Shown piece by piece: positions 39,477 to 51,162 of a DNA stretch of 64,000 nt. Positions within the stretch are counted from its first letter, which is position 1. Each line of letters opens with the position of its first letter. The stretch is from Candidatus Zhuqueibacterota bacterium. GTDB lineage: Bacteria > Zhuqueibacterota > Zhuqueibacteria > Thermofontimicrobiales > Thermofontimicrobiaceae. The notes beneath the pieces were generated by a model. That model had not been told where the DNA came from. It worked only from the letters and a program-made list of their open reading frames with translations, and did not search any database. Made by a program: the position numbers and the translations under genes. The DNA lies in the NCBI GenBank assembly GCA_049322915.1, contig JBMOPW010000034.1, positions 256,001 to 320,000 on the forward strand. Reading direction: 5' to 3'.

Positions 39477-40352
39477 CTAAAAATTTAGTCTCAGCGAAAC
39501 AAGACACCTGTCTCCGGTCGCTGCAAATCCCAGCGCAAGCTTTTGATCGAAGTTCGCGCCCGAAAGGAGCGCATACACTGTATTCTGCCGGCTTCGGTCG
39601 TTCTGCCAGAGGATGAATGTCGTTAGCGCGGCGCTGCCGGACAGAGCCAACAGCACATTTCTGGCCTTGTGATATGAATTGGCCTGGTTATAATAATCAT
39701 CGAACTGTCCGATGGCGCTGGCGTCGTGATACATGTCGTAATTATCCAGATAGCGTGCATGCAGCACAATCGTCGCGGCGGAGAGCACGGCCGTTGTTGC
39801 CAGCGCCCATTCCGGGAAATAGCGATGGATTTTCTGGCTCTCGCAATGACTGCCCTGGCCGGTGAGGTCGAAAATCAAATTATTGGCCAGCAGTTGCACC
39901 ATGGTCTCGACGCTCTCCTCGTTCCTCCCGTTGACCTTCTCCCCCATAATCTGGCCGCTGGTCACTTTGATCAAATGGGCATCGATGCGGAGACGGCCAT
40001 CCGATTCATTGATCTCGCCGGTGATGATGTATTTGGCGCCTGCCAGCCGTCCCACTTCCTGCGCCGTGGCGTTTTCAATGACGCCGGTCTGCCCCAGCGC
40101 CTGTTCGCGCAGTATGCTTTCAATTTTGCTCCGCTCAACGACTATCACTTCCTGATACTGGGACAGCTCGGTTTTCAGCATCTCAGGCACGGATTTTTCC
40201 AGACGATCATGTCGCATCGCAGACGTGTTATTTTTAAAATCCACAACGGCAACAGTGATTTGATCGTCTGCTTTGAGCGCTGTTGAAACAAGAACCAGGA
40301 TAAGAACAATGCCGAACATCCCGGCGATGTACTGTCGCATGCGAATTAGCAT
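39477..40352 (-). CDS. CsgG/TolB_N-like exported protein with C-terminal helical hairpin and terminal beta-strands
   Basis: Signal peptide; VAVVDF.N, VVER..I..IL.EQ.L..TG, VG.L.GA.YI..G; ends LVSLRLNF. Confidence 0.75.
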   Translation of the reverse strand: MLIRMRQYIAGMFGIVLILVLVSTALKADDQITVAVVDFKNNTSAMRHDRLEKSVPEMLKTELSQYQEVIVVERSKIESILREQALGQTGVIENATAQEVGRLAGAKYIITGEINESDGRLRIDAHLIKVTSGQIMGEKVNGRNEESVETMVQLLANNLIFDLTGQGSHCESQKIHRYFPEWALATTAVLSAATIVLHARYLDNYDMYHDASAIGQFDDYYNQANSYHKARNVLLALSGSAALTTFILWQNDRSRQNTVYALLSGANFDQKLALGFAATGDRCLVSLRLNF

Positions 40353-40373
40353 GGAGCCTTTCCTCTCCTCCGA

Positions 40374-40899
40374 TTAAATCGTATACGGTTGAATCACATC
40401 GTCCCAAAGCCCCTGACTTTTTAAAATCATTTCAACAACTTCCCGAACTGCGCCCTGGCCGCCGTGGCGAGTCGTCACGTATGCAGCAATTTGTTTCACT
40501 TCTTCACACGCATCAGCAACGGCCACGCCGACGCCGGCTTTTTTTATCAACGACCAGTCAGGCAAATCATCGCCCACATAACAGACCGCGTCGTCCGACG
40601 CCTGCAATTCCTCAAGAATTGTCTGATACGCGACCGACTTGTCTTTTGCGCCCTGATGCACGATTTCAATTCCCAATTCGGCGGCGCGCTGCGTCACCGC
40701 CTCCGAAGAACGCGACGTGATAATTCCGACATGGATGCCAGCCGCGCTGGCTAATCGAATGGCCAGCCCATCGTGAATGTTGAACACCTTCAACTCGGCG
40801 CCGCCGGAACCCAATATCACGCTGCCATCGGTCAGAACGCCGTCCACATCCAGCAGGAGCACTCTGACTTTTTGCAAGCGGACGGCCAATTGTGCGGCG

Positions 40900-40910
<11 letters not shown>
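40374..40910 (-). CDS. kdsC: KDO8P phosphatase
   Basis: DVDGVLTDG, FNIHDG, YVGDDLPD, GGQGAVRE. Confidence 0.94.
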
Positions 40911-44137
<3,227 letters not shown>

Positions 44138-44149
44138 GTGTACGTTGAA

Positions 44150-44440
44150 TCATTTATTGATTACCCTGGGCACGGAAAAAAAACCATCTCGCGACGCCGG
44201 GGCATTTTGCAGGGCATGGTCCTGGGACAATGAGGCCGTTACCACATCTTCTCTGAACACATTTTTTATATCTAACACATGAGATGTCGGAGCTATCTGT
44301 TCCACATTCAATTCGTGCAACTGTTCAATATAGGTAGTTATCACCTGTAACTGACCTGCCAACTTCACTTTCTCATTTTCAGTGAAGTCAAGCCTGGCTA
44401 ATTTTGCCAATTTTTCTATCTCGTTCGGAGTAATATTCAT
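44150..44440 (-). CDS. gatC: Asp/Glu-tRNA amidotransferase subunit C
   Basis: LAKLARL, NVFRED, NAP..DGFF.VPRVI. Confidence 0.93.
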   Translation of the reverse strand: MNITPNEIEKLAKLARLDFTENEKVKLAGQLQVITTYIEQLHELNVEQIAPTSHVLDIKNVFREDVVTASLSQDHALQNAPASRDGFFSVPRVINK

Positions 44441-44524
44441 ATAACCAGGTCAGAATTTCGATTGAATCAGGTTGATATATGAAAATAATTTTCTTACAGT
44501 AACATCGTTTTTTTTCTACGCCCT

Positions 44525-44553
44525 AATATAAAATATTTAATTGATTTTGTCAA
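44525..44553 (-). promoter_or_regulatory. Sigma70 promoter of the gatC-kds-lpt operon
   Basis: Reverse strand TTGACA-17nt-TATATT. Confidence 0.65.
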
Positions 44554-44615
44554 GCATAAACTTATATTAAATGGCATAGTTTTTGTACTAAATACAAAAT
44601 TGAAAAATCATTGAT

Positions 44616-45368
44616 TCACTTTTCAATGATGACTTCAATGGTACTGCCCTCTTCCCAACCATCCAATTCCCTGGCCAGTGATTCTACATTGTTCTGCAGG
44701 ATTTTCTGAACAAACGGCACGATGGAAATCCGCCTCCCGCCGATTTTCAGAATCACCCGCGATGTGTCAACGGTGCAATCCGCGCGCGACTTCCGGCCCT
44801 GGATAATCGCCTCGACCAGCTTCGGGCAGGTCAGTCCGCAGAGCGTGCAGCAGGCGTCATCCACGTAAGGCAGCATCGGGAACACTTTCCCGGCCACCAA
44901 CTCCCACAATTTCTGCGCCTGGTCTGCTTCCATGGGATTGAACACGGTGAGTCCCCGATACTCCTGGCGTTTGGTCCCCACAATCCCGGAGAAGGCGAAA
45001 GTCCGATTGTCGAAAAACGCATCCAGATCCGCCTCAGTAGCGCCACAAACGATTTTGGGCAGTGGAAAATCATCGAAGCCCTCCACCACGAGCCAGTCCG
45101 CATCGATTTTTTGGACGATCTCCATGAAATCCATTCGTTGATCGTAGAGGAAATCGGTCTCCTTTTCGCCGCGAGCGACCACAGGATTGGCGCCAGCAGC
45201 TTTGTGGATGAAGGAATTTTTATTCGGCTGATCGATCTGAAAACCTTCGAAATGGATCTGTTTAATGGAGGCGACTCGCTGCCCGCCTACCTTGATTCGG
45301 TGAATGAGTTCCTTGACCGTTGTCGTTTTTCCGGTATTGTGATACCCGCATACCTGGAATGCAAACAT
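44616..45368 (-). CDS. mobB: Molybdopterin-guanine dinucleotide biosynthesis protein B with C-terminal Fe-S-type domain
   Basis: GYHNTGKTT P-loop, VASIK, LVVEGF...PKI; CxxCxxxC...C cluster; VPFVQ.IL tail; GGAG SD before ATG 45368. Confidence 0.82.
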   Translation of the reverse strand: MFAFQVCGYHNTGKTTTVKELIHRIKVGGQRVASIKQIHFEGFQIDQPNKNSFIHKAAGANPVVARGEKETDFLYDQRMDFMEIVQKIDADWLVVEGFDDFPLPKIVCGATEADLDAFFDNRTFAFSGIVGTKRQEYRGLTVFNPMEADQAQKLWELVAGKVFPMLPYVDDACCTLCGLTCPKLVEAIIQGRKSRADCTVDTSRVILKIGGRRISIVPFVQKILQNNVESLARELDGWEEGSTIEVIIEK

Positions 45369-45514
45369 GGCGTTTCTCCGTTTAAATTTTCGCTGCATGG
45401 GCGCCGGGGATCATTCTGCCCAAATCAATTCGCGGAAAAGACCTTCCTGCGAGCGCATTCTCCCGGTCACCCGCTTATTTTCAGTGCATAGTCTATGTTT
45501 TTCGTTCATTCCAA

Positions 45515-46264
45515 TCATCGATGGAAAAGGTCGTAAATCCCCCAGCCATTGACGCACGCGAGCAACACCAGCACAAGCACATCCGGTGAGGCGATGGAAA
45601 AAGCGCGATCGATTCGGACTCTTCCCTGAACGCCATAGCCGCGCAGTTCCAGCGCCAGAGCCGAGTATGCGACAAAATGCATCCCGCGAAACAGCAGCGG
45701 GATGAGCAGCATTTTCAGCATCAAATATTTGTTTTTCAGACTCAGATTCCGGAGCTGAATTCCCCGGAATCGAATTGACCACAGCCCTTTTTTCGCCTCC
45801 TCAAAAATGAACGGAATGAATTTCAGCGTGGTCAGAATGATCAGGCTCATCTGGATCGGCATGCGGATTTTAGTCAGGAAATGAAAGAAGTCAAATAAAG
45901 GAATCTGGCCAAAGATGAACGCCAGCATGAAAATGATCATGAAACGAATCCACAGCAGAATGGCTTCATTCAGTCCGTTAGAAAAAATGAGCGGAAATCC
46001 GTGGAAAGCGAACAGGATGGTCCCCTGCCTCCGAAAGACAATCTGGACAATTGAGATGACGCACAGCATCAGACCGATCTGGGAGAAGCGTCGCAGGAAC
46101 ACTCTGAACTCGTCGGGCGCAAGCACAGCGATCCAGCCGATCAATAGCAGCAGCCAGACCAGCGGCATGCGAAAGTCGGTGGCGTACACGCCCCAGAAGG
46201 TCGCTGACACGCCGGCACAGAGGATGGTTAAAAAATGCAATTTCATATTTTGGAAGAGCATCAA
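45515..46264 (-). CDS. ECF transporter T component
   Basis: TM helices; LKFIP, IRFRG and LELRGY (the two conserved Arg motifs of EcfT). Confidence 0.88.
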   Translation of the reverse strand: MMLFQNMKLHFLTILCAGVSATFWGVYATDFRMPLVWLLLLIGWIAVLAPDEFRVFLRRFSQIGLMLCVISIVQIVFRRQGTILFAFHGFPLIFSNGLNEAILLWIRFMIIFMLAFIFGQIPLFDFFHFLTKIRMPIQMSLIILTTLKFIPFIFEEAKKGLWSIRFRGIQLRNLSLKNKYLMLKMLLIPLLFRGMHFVAYSALALELRGYGVQGRVRIDRAFSIASPDVLVLVLLACVNGWGIYDLFHR

Positions 46265-46389
46265 TGAAATTATAAAACACTCGACTGTGATTTTTTAATT
46301 GCTGAACGTACCGGCGCCGATCACAGACTGGAAATCGCTTCGGCCCAACACTCCCGAGCACGGTCACTGTCAGTTCAACGCGCTGTGAA

Positions 46390-47040
46390 TCATTCGCTTC
46401 CCAGGGCAGCGCCATTGCCCGGGGCAAGCGGCCAGGCATCCACCTTTTTCCAGATGCCGCTTGCACTCAGTGGCTGGCGCCACTCCGTACTATCCGGCAT
46501 GAAACCCAACACGCACGTCGGAGCTTTTTCGGATTGGCCATTTGCTTCCAACAGGAACTCGACCACCTGAGCGATCCGATGTTGCGAAAGATTCGCTGGC
46601 AGGTAGCCGATAATGAAAAACTCCGGCTGTTTCACCCATTGCGTCAGCAGCCAGAGCAATTTCGTTTCTCCTTCGGAGAGGAAGAAAGGATTCTGTTGCG
46701 CCAGCGACGCCATATCAAATCGCTGCAACAGAACGAGAGCATCCGGCAGAAATCCGGAAGCGGACGTTGCATAATTGTCCCTGGCAGCGATTGCATCGGC
46801 TATTTCCAGTTCGACCGTTTCGTTCAGAAACGTACCGACCGATGCATTGGGCGCCCAACCGATTCTCCGCCCGATTGCCGGCAATTCCTGAGCCTCGCGA
46901 CCCCATAATTTCTGTTTTCGGCCCTGCTGAAAGGGTTGCACCAACTGGCCGGCCAGATAGCGATTGATCTCTTCGGTATCTCGCAGAGCTACCAGATAGT
47001 GAAACGGGCGCGGGAAATGATGTCGTAGCCATTCAATCAT
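46390..47040 (-). CDS. Degenerate ECF ATPase-like protein (signature kept, Walker A/B lost)
   Basis: FLNETVELEI and NPFFLSEGETK resemble EcfA helical domain/signature; no GxxGxGKT; Walker B reads FFIIGY. Confidence 0.6.
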   Translation of the reverse strand: MIEWLRHHFPRPFHYLVALRDTEEINRYLAGQLVQPFQQGRKQKLWGREAQELPAIGRRIGWAPNASVGTFLNETVELEIADAIAARDNYATSASGFLPDALVLLQRFDMASLAQQNPFFLSEGETKLLWLLTQWVKQPEFFIIGYLPANLSQHRIAQVVEFLLEANGQSEKAPTCVLGFMPDSTEWRQPLSASGIWKKVDAWPLAPGNGAALGSE

Positions 47041-47704
47041 AGCGAGCCGTCAATTGTCCCTGGGTGAGAATCCATTTGGCGATGCGCTCATCCGTCGTCT
47101 GGTGATCGATGAAAATGACCGATTTCTGGCGCTCCATGAGCAGCGCAAAGAAATCCTGCCATTGGCCCATTTCAATTGCGGAGAAACCATTCATGACTTC
47201 ATCGAACAAAAACAGCGTGGCATTCTGCAGAAAGTAGATGAACGTCAACGCCAGCACCTTATCGGAAAAATCCATCTGACGGTACGGTCGATTCAGGCAT
47301 TCCCTGAAACGAGGGAAAATGCCGATGAATTCCTCACGCCGAACGTCAAAATCGCTCTGCTCGGTTTTTAGCAGCGACGTCGTGAATATCATTTCATCCT
47401 TCAAATTTTCCATCATCAGGAAAAAATCGATATTTTTACCCGGGACAAAACCGACCGCAGGGAACAGAGCGTTCGGCGCTGTCTGGAAAACCGCTGAATT
47501 GTCGAAGTAGATTTCACCCTGCAAAATACGACCTCGTTCGAAATGGGGAATCATTCCGACGATCAATTTGAGCAGGGTCGTTTTACCTGAGCCATTATCT
47601 CCGACTAACTGGACGATCTCTGCGCGATCCATTTTGCAGGATACGTTCTGAAAAAGCGGCTCATTCCGCCAGCCGAATGTTAGATTGTTTATGGACAGCA
47701 GCAT
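47033..47704 (-). CDS. ECF/ABC ATPase (Walker A/B kept, signature degenerate)
   Basis: GDNGSGKTT, G.IP.F..G...GEI, LFLFDE, IDH; signature position reads MDFSDK. Confidence 0.8.
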   Translation of the reverse strand: MLLSINNLTFGWRNEPLFQNVSCKMDRAEIVQLVGDNGSGKTTLLKLIVGMIPHFERGRILQGEIYFDNSAVFQTAPNALFPAVGFVPGKNIDFFLMMENLKDEMIFTTSLLKTEQSDFDVRREEFIGIFPRFRECLNRPYRQMDFSDKVLALTFIYFLQNATLFLFDEVMNGFSAIEMGQWQDFFALLMERQKSVIFIDHQTTDERIAKWILTQGQLTARYD

Positions 47705-47714
47705 GGCACTTCAT

Positions 47715-48269
47715 TCACTGGATGGTTTCCGGTTTTTGAAACGCCGGGAAAGCTTTCATCAAACCGCTGTAAAGCGCCCAGCTCAGATACCCGGCCACGC
47801 CGCCGAATAGAAACGACGGAATTAAACTGAGGATCAATGGAATTTTAGGCAGATGCATGATCATGAAGCCAACCAGCAATGCGCCGCTCACATTGCCCAG
47901 GGCCGTCGGGAAAAATAGCAGCCAATGACTTCGGAACGACCGGATCAATAAAAACCCGAGATCGATGAAAACTCCGGGTACAGTGTAAGTCAGCAATGTG
48001 AGAATGCCGTGCGAGCCATACAGGCCGGTGACCATTACGGCGATGCCTTGAATCAGTCCGACGAAGGTCGCAGCGCCAACGCGCTTTACCACCAGCAACG
48101 CCAGCATGGGCCAAATCATATAAATCGCACCGGCAATAGAACCGGATGGGATGAACAGCGCTGACCCAATCAGTTTCGCCAGGGGACCAACAATCGGCTT
48201 CAGGGCAATGCCGCATGCAGCCATGAGCGCGATGAAAACCGCATCCAGAGTAGATATTTTTTTCAGCAT
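47715..48269 (-). CDS. ECF transporter S (substrate-binding) component
   Basis: 184 aa, about 6 TM; ST.D..FIA, V.R.GAAT..G..QG; first gene of an S-A-A'-T cluster. Confidence 0.82.
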   Translation of the reverse strand: MLKKISTLDAVFIALMAACGIALKPIVGPLAKLIGSALFIPSGSIAGAIYMIWPMLALLVVKRVGAATFVGLIQGIAVMVTGLYGSHGILTLLTYTVPGVFIDLGFLLIRSFRSHWLLFFPTALGNVSGALLVGFMIMHLPKIPLILSLIPSFLFGGVAGYLSWALYSGLMKAFPAFQKPETIQ

Positions 48270-48615
48270 ACGATCCTGTTTTTAGCCCGCATTATTCATT
48301 GTATTTTTAAAGGAAGCGGGATAACCTGAATGGTGCATAAATTTAAAATTCGAATATAAAACTGAGTTTGATTTTGCATATACATTCACACATTATGAAA
48401 ACATAATGTTAAGCTGGGCTATTGGAGAATTCAAGAATAATTCAGGTTAGTGTGAATGAAAAAATCGATATTGTCCGAGCCAGTGTCACTGGTTTTTGAA
48501 AGGACTATTTCCCGCAGTCAGCGACGCCCAATCCAACCCATTTGATTTCAACGTCCCAAAATCATCGATGGGGACTGTTCGTTTTCTTTCATCATCATCG
48601 GCAACAGCGGCTCTT

Positions 48616-48649
48616 AAAAAAATGGGTAACCATATATCAGTTACCCATT
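48616..48649 (-). terminator. Rho-independent terminator of selC
   Basis: AATGGGTAAC-9nt-GTTACCCATT perfect stem followed by a U run on the minus strand, 3 nt after the tRNA CCA. Confidence 0.8.
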
Positions 48650-48652
48650 CAA

Positions 48653-48751
48653 TGGCGGGAATGTGTGGGAATCGAACCCACCTGTCCCGACTCTGGTCGG
48701 GGCACTACAGATTTGAAGTCTGCGGGGCCCACCAGGTACCCTTCCACTCCC
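48653..48751 (-). tRNA. selC: tRNA-Sec (anticodon UCA)
   Basis: 99 nt GGGAGTGG...GCAGA-CTTCAAA-TCTGT, long variable arm CCCGAC-CAGA-GTCGGG, T arm GTGGG-TTCGATT-CCCAC, discriminator G + CCA; TGGT D-loop. Confidence 0.95.
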
Positions 48752-48844
48752 AAATAATCTTTGGCTGGCGGATGATAACCAGCGAAAATCACTCATTTAT
48801 TTCTATTGTTATTATTAGCTTGAAGCGTTTCGAAAATGCGATGT

Positions 48845-48873
48845 AAAATACAAATTTTAATCATCAGAGTCAA
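48845..48873 (-). promoter_or_regulatory. Putative sigma70 promoter of selC
   Basis: Reverse strand TTGACT-17nt-TATTTT about 95 nt upstream of the tRNA. Confidence 0.5.
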
Positions 48874-49265
48874 GCCAATTTTTTTCTAAATTTGAGAATG
48901 CTACTCAGATGACAAAGTAATCCCATTTTCTGAAAACAATAGCTTTTTCTTCCAACACGAATGAGAGTGAACCCCGTACTTCTTCTCTTATTGTATCTTT
49001 CGGCAGACGGATATTATTTTGAATCAGTCTCTATTTCACAGATAAAGTGAACGGATGATCATGGAGGTTGAGGTACTCACGGACATTTTTTAGAGCGGGA
49101 TAATCGAAAATTTGAAATGGGTTGACGTGATATATCTGAACATTTCACGCCAACTCTTTTTCAAATACTGTGTTACAGGTGACATCCTATTTGGGGGGAC
49201 GCTGTCATTTTCATGTTCCATCTCGCTTCAAAATCAAGTATGTATCCGTGCGAACCTTTTAGAGG

Positions 49266-50267
49266 TTATTTCGGGGTTTGTCGCTCGAATATTTTTCTGG
49301 TTACCTCGCCAAGGAGCGGTTCTTGTTTTAACCAGCGCTCCATATCCGCTACGACAGAGGCGCCGAGATCACTGCGCCAGTATTTTGAGAAACTGCCAAT
49401 ATGAGGTGTGCAAATTACGTTTGGGAGATTTAATAAGGGATGACTCACGGGAAGCGGTTCTTCCTGATAGACATCCAGCGCCGCATAGATTCGTCCGGTT
49501 TTCAGAATTTCAATGAGCGCCGTTTCATCGATAATCGGACCACGGGCGGTATTAATGAGCAAAGCGCCATCCTGCAACGAAGTCAATTCCCTTTTTCCAA
49601 TCATTCCTCGTGATTGTGAGGTCAGCGTGTTATGCAGCGAGATAATTTGGCTTCGACGTAACAGCTCATCCAACGAACAAATTTCAGCGCCCATTTCCCG
49701 GGCCTGCTCATGGTTGACATGATGCGAATGAAGCAGAATATGCGCGTGAAAGAACTTGAGAAACGGAATTAGCATGCGCGATATTTCGCCGTAGCCAATC
49801 AGTCCAACAGTCTGCCGCTCCAGCCCCATCACCAGATCCCTTTCATTGTTCACCCAGCTCCCACCTTTCAATTGGTGGATGAACTGCGGAATCTGCCAGG
49901 CTGCGCACAACATAAGCGCCAGACAGAATTCGGTGGTCGAGCGGGCTAATGAATTATTGGCGTTTACAATGGTGATGTTTCTGTCGAAAGCGAGGGGATC
50001 AATAAATGGTACGATCGTGCCGGCGGTGTGCCCAATGAATTTGAGTTTTGATGCTTGCTCCAACACTTTTCTGGTTAATTTGGGAGAGCGCCAGCCCGAA
50101 ATAACTGCATCGAAATCCCCGATGATTTTTTCCAGAGGCTCGCCGCAATAGCTTTCCCCTTCAGGAACCCAGGTTACTTCTGAAAGTCCATTGAGTTTGG
50201 CGATGGTGGCTTCACTAAAAATAATCTTTTTCAGATCAGGATGGCATACGGTAACCAATGTTTTCAT
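49266..50267 (-). CDS. D-isomer-specific 2-hydroxyacid dehydrogenase
   Basis: VGLIGYGEI, INTARG, ALDVY..EP, TPHIG. Confidence 0.9.
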   Translation of the reverse strand: MKTLVTVCHPDLKKIIFSEATIAKLNGLSEVTWVPEGESYCGEPLEKIIGDFDAVISGWRSPKLTRKVLEQASKLKFIGHTAGTIVPFIDPLAFDRNITIVNANNSLARSTTEFCLALMLCAAWQIPQFIHQLKGGSWVNNERDLVMGLERQTVGLIGYGEISRMLIPFLKFFHAHILLHSHHVNHEQAREMGAEICSLDELLRRSQIISLHNTLTSQSRGMIGKRELTSLQDGALLINTARGPIIDETALIEILKTGRIYAALDVYQEEPLPVSHPLLNLPNVICTPHIGSFSKYWRSDLGASVVADMERWLKQEPLLGEVTRKIFERQTPK

Positions 50268-50289
50268 TAAATTTTACCTCTCCTGTGAT

Positions 50290-51162
50290 TTATTCGATGG
50301 GTGGATTCTGACTTATTCTTGAGGCGATTTTCTTCATATAGTTGGCATAGCTGGGAAGAATGATTTCTGCTTCGGCGCCTTTGAATTGTAGCTCGGGACG
50401 CCACTTGCTTTCCCATTCCAGCGAGAAGAATCCTTCATAATGATCGTTTAACAATAGTTTAATTATTTCTTCATTTGGAATAATTCCTTCTCCCAGCCGG
50501 GTATATTCCCAGCGATGTAATTCTTGATCGGCGAAGGGTCTGCCGTCTTTGATGTGAACGTGCCGGCAATGGGAACCAAGCCATTCCAGCGTCTCTTCGG
50601 GCGCTTCCTGATCTTCCAGTGGATGCATCACATCCCAGATGGCGCCGCAATTTTTTCTATCAACATCTTTGAATAACTGATGCAGCGCCTGGCCCGTGCC
50701 GTATTCATTGTGGGTTTCCACCCAGATTTCAATATCAAAATTTTGGGCGAGCTGGCAGGCTTGCTGGATGAATTCAACGATTCGGTCGTGATCAATCCGT
50801 TCTTTTTGGTCGCTGTGTCGGTTGATAAAATTTCCCAAAAATATCCGGACTCCGCAGGCCTTCAGATCTGCCGCAAGCCCGATATTCGCAAGCAGCAGTT
50901 TCATTTTCTGTACTCGATCTTCGCTGTCATTTCCCAGAATGCAAACACTGCTGCCGATATTGGTGATCCGAATGCCGTTTTGTTCAAACAGTTTTCGGAT
51001 TCGATCTCGCGCCTGGCTGGTTAGCATGACTGACGCCCAGCTCTCATCTGATTCACGGAGCTCGATCCCTGCAAAGCCATATTTGCGACAATATTCGATC
51101 ATCTCTTCAGGCGGCCAGCCAGCGCAGGGTAAAGTGCTGTAAGCAATTTTTAACATGTTCAA
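50290..51162 (-). CDS. Sugar phosphate isomerase/epimerase (xylose-isomerase-like TIM barrel, AP_endonuc_2)
   Basis: GF.GIELR, VETH, WDVMH, HVHIKD, LEWE. Confidence 0.85.
   Translation of the reverse strand: MNMLKIAYSTLPCAGWPPEEMIEYCRKYGFAGIELRESDESWASVMLTSQARDRIRKLFEQNGIRITNIGSSVCILGNDSEDRVQKMKLLLANIGLAADLKACGVRIFLGNFINRHSDQKERIDHDRIVEFIQQACQLAQNFDIEIWVETHNEYGTGQALHQLFKDVDRKNCGAIWDVMHPLEDQEAPEETLEWLGSHCRHVHIKDGRPFADQELHRWEYTRLGEGIIPNEEIIKLLLNDHYEGFFSLEWESKWRPELQFKGAEAEIILPSYANYMKKIASRISQNPPIE

Noticed and set aside
44572..44587. Sigma54-like TGGCATAGTTTTTGTA
   Set aside because: The -12 GC is GT, and it points antisense into the mobB 3' end
45369..45509. Short ORF (MNEKHRLC...WAE) in frame with mobB through a single TGA at 45411-45413, tempting as Sec read-through near selC
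   Set aside because: mobB has its own SD and a family-typical start at 45368; the UGA is not in a Cys-like motif and I see no convincing SECIS hairpin; likely chance
48270..48600. Possible Moco/Wco, TPP or cobalamin riboswitch in the ECF leader
   Set aside because: AT-rich with none of the conserved cores I can recognise; an Rfam scan would settle it
48496..48846. 116-aa and 71-aa ORFs across the selC region
   Set aside because: They overlap the tRNA-Sec gene and its terminator
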